Assembly: GCA_907165135.1 (NCBI GenBank)
Contig: OU015566.1
Coordinates: 2,294,001-2,358,000 of the forward strand
DNA from: Oikopleura dioica
Taxonomy: Eukaryota > Animalia > Chordata
Length of the DNA stretch: 64,000 bases
Direction of reading: 5' to 3'
Position numbers and translations under genes: made by a program. A model generated the notes under the pieces. The model was not told the origin of the DNA and did not search any database. It saw nothing but the letters and a program-made list of their open reading frames with translations. Positions 61,501 to 64,000 of this stretch are shown in pieces. How positions within the stretch are numbered: the stretch's first letter is position 1; each line of letters starts with the position of its first letter.

Positions 61501-62578
61501 TGAATATCATTTACGCTACAAGAAGGTTTTCTAGACTCTAGAATCTAGAATCTAGACTCTAGATTCTAGAGAGAAGATGTTCATACTTTTAACATCAAAT
61601 CGTAGAGGGTCGACAAAAAATCCATCAGCGCATTTATCTTGAAAAATCCATTCGCAGAACGCAGATCTTGGATAGGTAACGATTTCAGTAGTAGAATTAC
61701 CGAAAAAGTAAGAATGAATCGGCGAAGAAATCTCTACGCTGTTTTCCTCATCGGTGAATTCTCTTACAAATCCGCAGTCCAAGAAATCGGCGAGAGAGCG
61801 TTTTAAAACGAAACTATAAAAAATCGAGAAAATTTTCATTTTACAATTTTTTTTCTGATTGAGAGACCATGAACTTTTGCATTTATACGGAGCATTTGAG
61901 CTTACGGCTTAGTTTAATACCGTAGTTGCCCGCCGATCTGCCGTTACTAGCTTCGCTCCGACCTAGTAATCCACGAGTATCTCAAGATTGACAATTTTGC
62001 TTTTGAACTTCATTTTCTTATTTTCTTTTTATTTTTCTAAGATTCACGATTTCGCCGTATTTTTGGGGACCCCCTCTAGTATAACAAAATCTTCAAACTC
62101 CGACAAGTTCAGACATCTGGATGCTCGGCGTCACCATTTGGCAGATCATGAATTCAGGTAAGCGGCAAAGCCGACCCGCATAAAATCGGGGTCAACTTAT
62201 CTCCCCGATACCTAGGCGCCACGCCATATGGACACTTGTCCGGCCCGTCGCTCAAAGAAGAACTCTTCAGTTTACTCAAAGTTGACAGGCTCTCCATGAC
62301 TCGATCCATTCCAGAGGTACTCATTCCATTGCCAAAAAACGCCCATAACCAAATTGTCTATTTAGCCACTTTACGGAGTCCTGAGTAACACATGGAAGCG
62401 CGACGCGGAATTACGACCGGATATCGCGCAGATTAAAATTGACACCGACGACATCTTCTCGAAAGGTGCCCTTTTGATGATGACTAATTTCAAGCGTGTG
62501 ACTTTTCTCTTTCTAGGTCCTTTGAAACCCGTCACCAAAAGAAAATTGACTCCCATCGTTACTGAGAAGTTTTGACTG
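55597..62578 (+). CDS. Cadherin-repeat receptor with a tyrosine-kinase-like (pseudokinase) domain, RET/Cad96Ca-like architecture
   Basis: Signal MRFLAIIFLFF, cadherin motifs EDLDNLPPVF and SAIDGD, juxtamembrane Cys, TM ALIACLCLLIPLSMISLI, N-lobe exons 58322-59094, C-lobe SDIWMLGVTIWQIM..GATPY...WKRDAELRP at 62108-62578. Joining the lobes across a ~2.9-kb intron is inferred. Confidence 0.65.
57883..58292. mobile_element. Tc1/mariner-type MITE, family A copy 2 (inverted relative to 5761-6177), intronic
   Basis: TA|CAGTTTTTTATGGAATT...AATTCCATAATTAACTG|TA, with collinear similarity to copy 1. Confidence 0.85.
59213..61839 (-). CDS. Secreted CUB plus PAN/apple-like multidomain protein, nested antisense in the receptor-kinase intron
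   Basis: Signal MKIFSIFYSFVLKRSLA, CUB (CG..ISSP..YPRSAFCEW..FDVKS|HKKCYFDKL..IIFESD..EGF), PAN-like CAASCRDTPGC..HSCQL. The last coding block is split by the element at 59808-60452. Confidence 0.7.
59808..60452. mobile_element. 645-bp foldback MITE with 3-bp target duplication (CTT), coinciding with a GA-AG intron
   Basis: 28-bp perfect terminal inverted repeat GATAATTTCAAAAAAATTTTTGCGGGTC, arms similar over ~250 bp, CTT at 59805-59807 and 60453-60455. Confidence 0.9.
61530..61570. repeat. Intronic microsatellite of palindromic TCTAGA units
   Basis: tctagactctagaatctagaatctagactctagattctaga. Confidence 0.8.
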
Positions 62579-64000
62579 CTTTGACTGCTCAAGAAATATT
62601 TTCATGAGATTTCATGAAAAATCGCAAAATCGATGTTGACACCCTTAAAACCCATTTTTTGATCAGAAATTAAATAAAAAAGCGTAGTAATTCTAATTTA
62701 AAATTTGTAAAGGCATTACTACGGCGCATGAAAATGAGCATTTTCTAGAGTAGTAGAAGCGTCTGGCTAATCCAACGCGGCGGATCGTCTAAGCGCCAAA
62801 TTTCTCTCCAGTTCTAAAAACATTCTTTTTGCCCGGTTTGGTATGCAAGCTGGCGATAAGACATTACCGCATGTTTCGTGTTTCAACAAACGATCTATAA
62901 AAAATGTCCAAACCGCTGCCTGAAATAACTTTTCCAAATATATTTTTTTTCGCCAAAAATAACGGATTAAATAATCGGATTAGTTTTGAAGTTATTAAAG
63001 CCGATGAGATACTAATTGAGCAAGAAAATGATTGAAGTTTACGATTAAAACCCACTGAACGACCAATTTCCCGTGGTTAATTGCTCAAGTTTAAAATGAT
63101 CACTTCCTTTTTTCATGACAACTCATTCTTAAAAAATGACAATTTTTTGTCTTTTTTTTTGGATCAATTTTTCTCCAAAAGGAAAAAAATTCGTCGATTT
63201 TAAAAATTCAAAAACGGTGAAAAATATGTAAAACAAAATGTTTATGACCACTCTTCCCGCGTTTGAAATTGTGTCGGTTAGAGAACGGTACTTGGCAGAT
63301 TCGCATGTTGGCGTTCCAGGCTGTTGACCCACGTGACTTGGCGGGTTACAAAGATTTATGGCGAATGCACAAATACCGATCTATCGAATTTTTTGTCATT
63401 TATGTCGGACCACTTGTCGCGTTTCCGCTCTCGCTGCCCCGTAATGGGAAAGCGAGTTTTGGAATCGCCTCAAAAATGCACAGAAAAATGAATAAGGATG
63501 AATTTTTCTTGATCGAAAAATACAGAAAAAAGAATAAATTTAGTTCCTTTGAAGCTTTCAATTAAAAAATAAACCTCAGGAAGAAGTCAAAAAGGGTCTT
63601 GGAAGCAAATCAAAGAACCTGCCCTTATTTCTCAAATCTTGAGCCAAGGAAGAAGCGCTGGGAACGGCGATATTGACTGTAAACTGCGTGATACAATCTG
63701 GCGGAAGGGTTTAACTCGCCTGGGAAGGTGTAATCTGTTTTTTTTGTCAATAAATGCAAATGATTTGAAAAAGACCAGGTTTAAAAATATTATTGAAAAA
63801 AAAATGCATTTCTCCGGAAGAATGAATTTCTAGAGCCGTGGAAACAGGTGTTGCCGTGGCAGGGAAAAGCGGATTAGGACGGAAATAGGGTTGAGGGTGA
63901 TTTTTGATAAGCGGAAAATCGCAAAGTCGCAAAAATAAAAATCGTTGAGCGCGCGCGGGGGAAGCCGTTACCGTCGCCGGATCAGGAGTCGATACGATTG

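Noticed and set aside
62860-64000. Coding-like segments near the window end (63263-63565, 63639-63730)
   Set aside because: Strand and frame are ambiguous and no family is recognised.
1-64000. tRNA, rRNA, SL RNA, CRISPR arrays or bacterial operons
   Set aside because: None seen. The tandem units at 44230-44700 lack unique spacers and lie within a palindrome.

Overview
Compact, AT-rich eukaryotic genomic DNA. Introns are mostly 30-70 nt, several have GA-AG or GC-AG boundaries, genes are tightly packed and small transposons are common. This pattern fits the larvacean tunicate Oikopleura dioica, which is my inference and not a database match. About 20 protein genes are supportable: an LRR protein, two 2OG-Fe(II) oxygenases, a mucin-like membrane protein, a collagen-C1q protein, dual oxidase (DUOX) plus a decayed copy of its 3' end, AGXT, a Golgi-type sulfotransferase, a PLAC8-family protein, FBXL13 (two nested antisense genes), a divergent ubiquitin fusion, a KIF28-like kinesin-3, an SDR, and a cadherin-like receptor pseudokinase (one nested CUB/PAN gene). 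Repeats include Tc1/mariner-type, piggyBac-type and foldback MITEs and a Penelope-like retroelement remnant. Top observations: (1) a 645-bp inverted-repeat transposon inside a coding exon whose end and 3-bp target duplication form an exact GA-AG intron that restores the reading frame (introner-like); (2) two hammerhead ribozymes in the Penelope remnant; (3) an AGXT with a mitochondrial-type presequence and no PTS1; (4) a RET-like cadherin pseudokinase. Gene models were assembled by eye, so exon boundaries are approximate unless stated.
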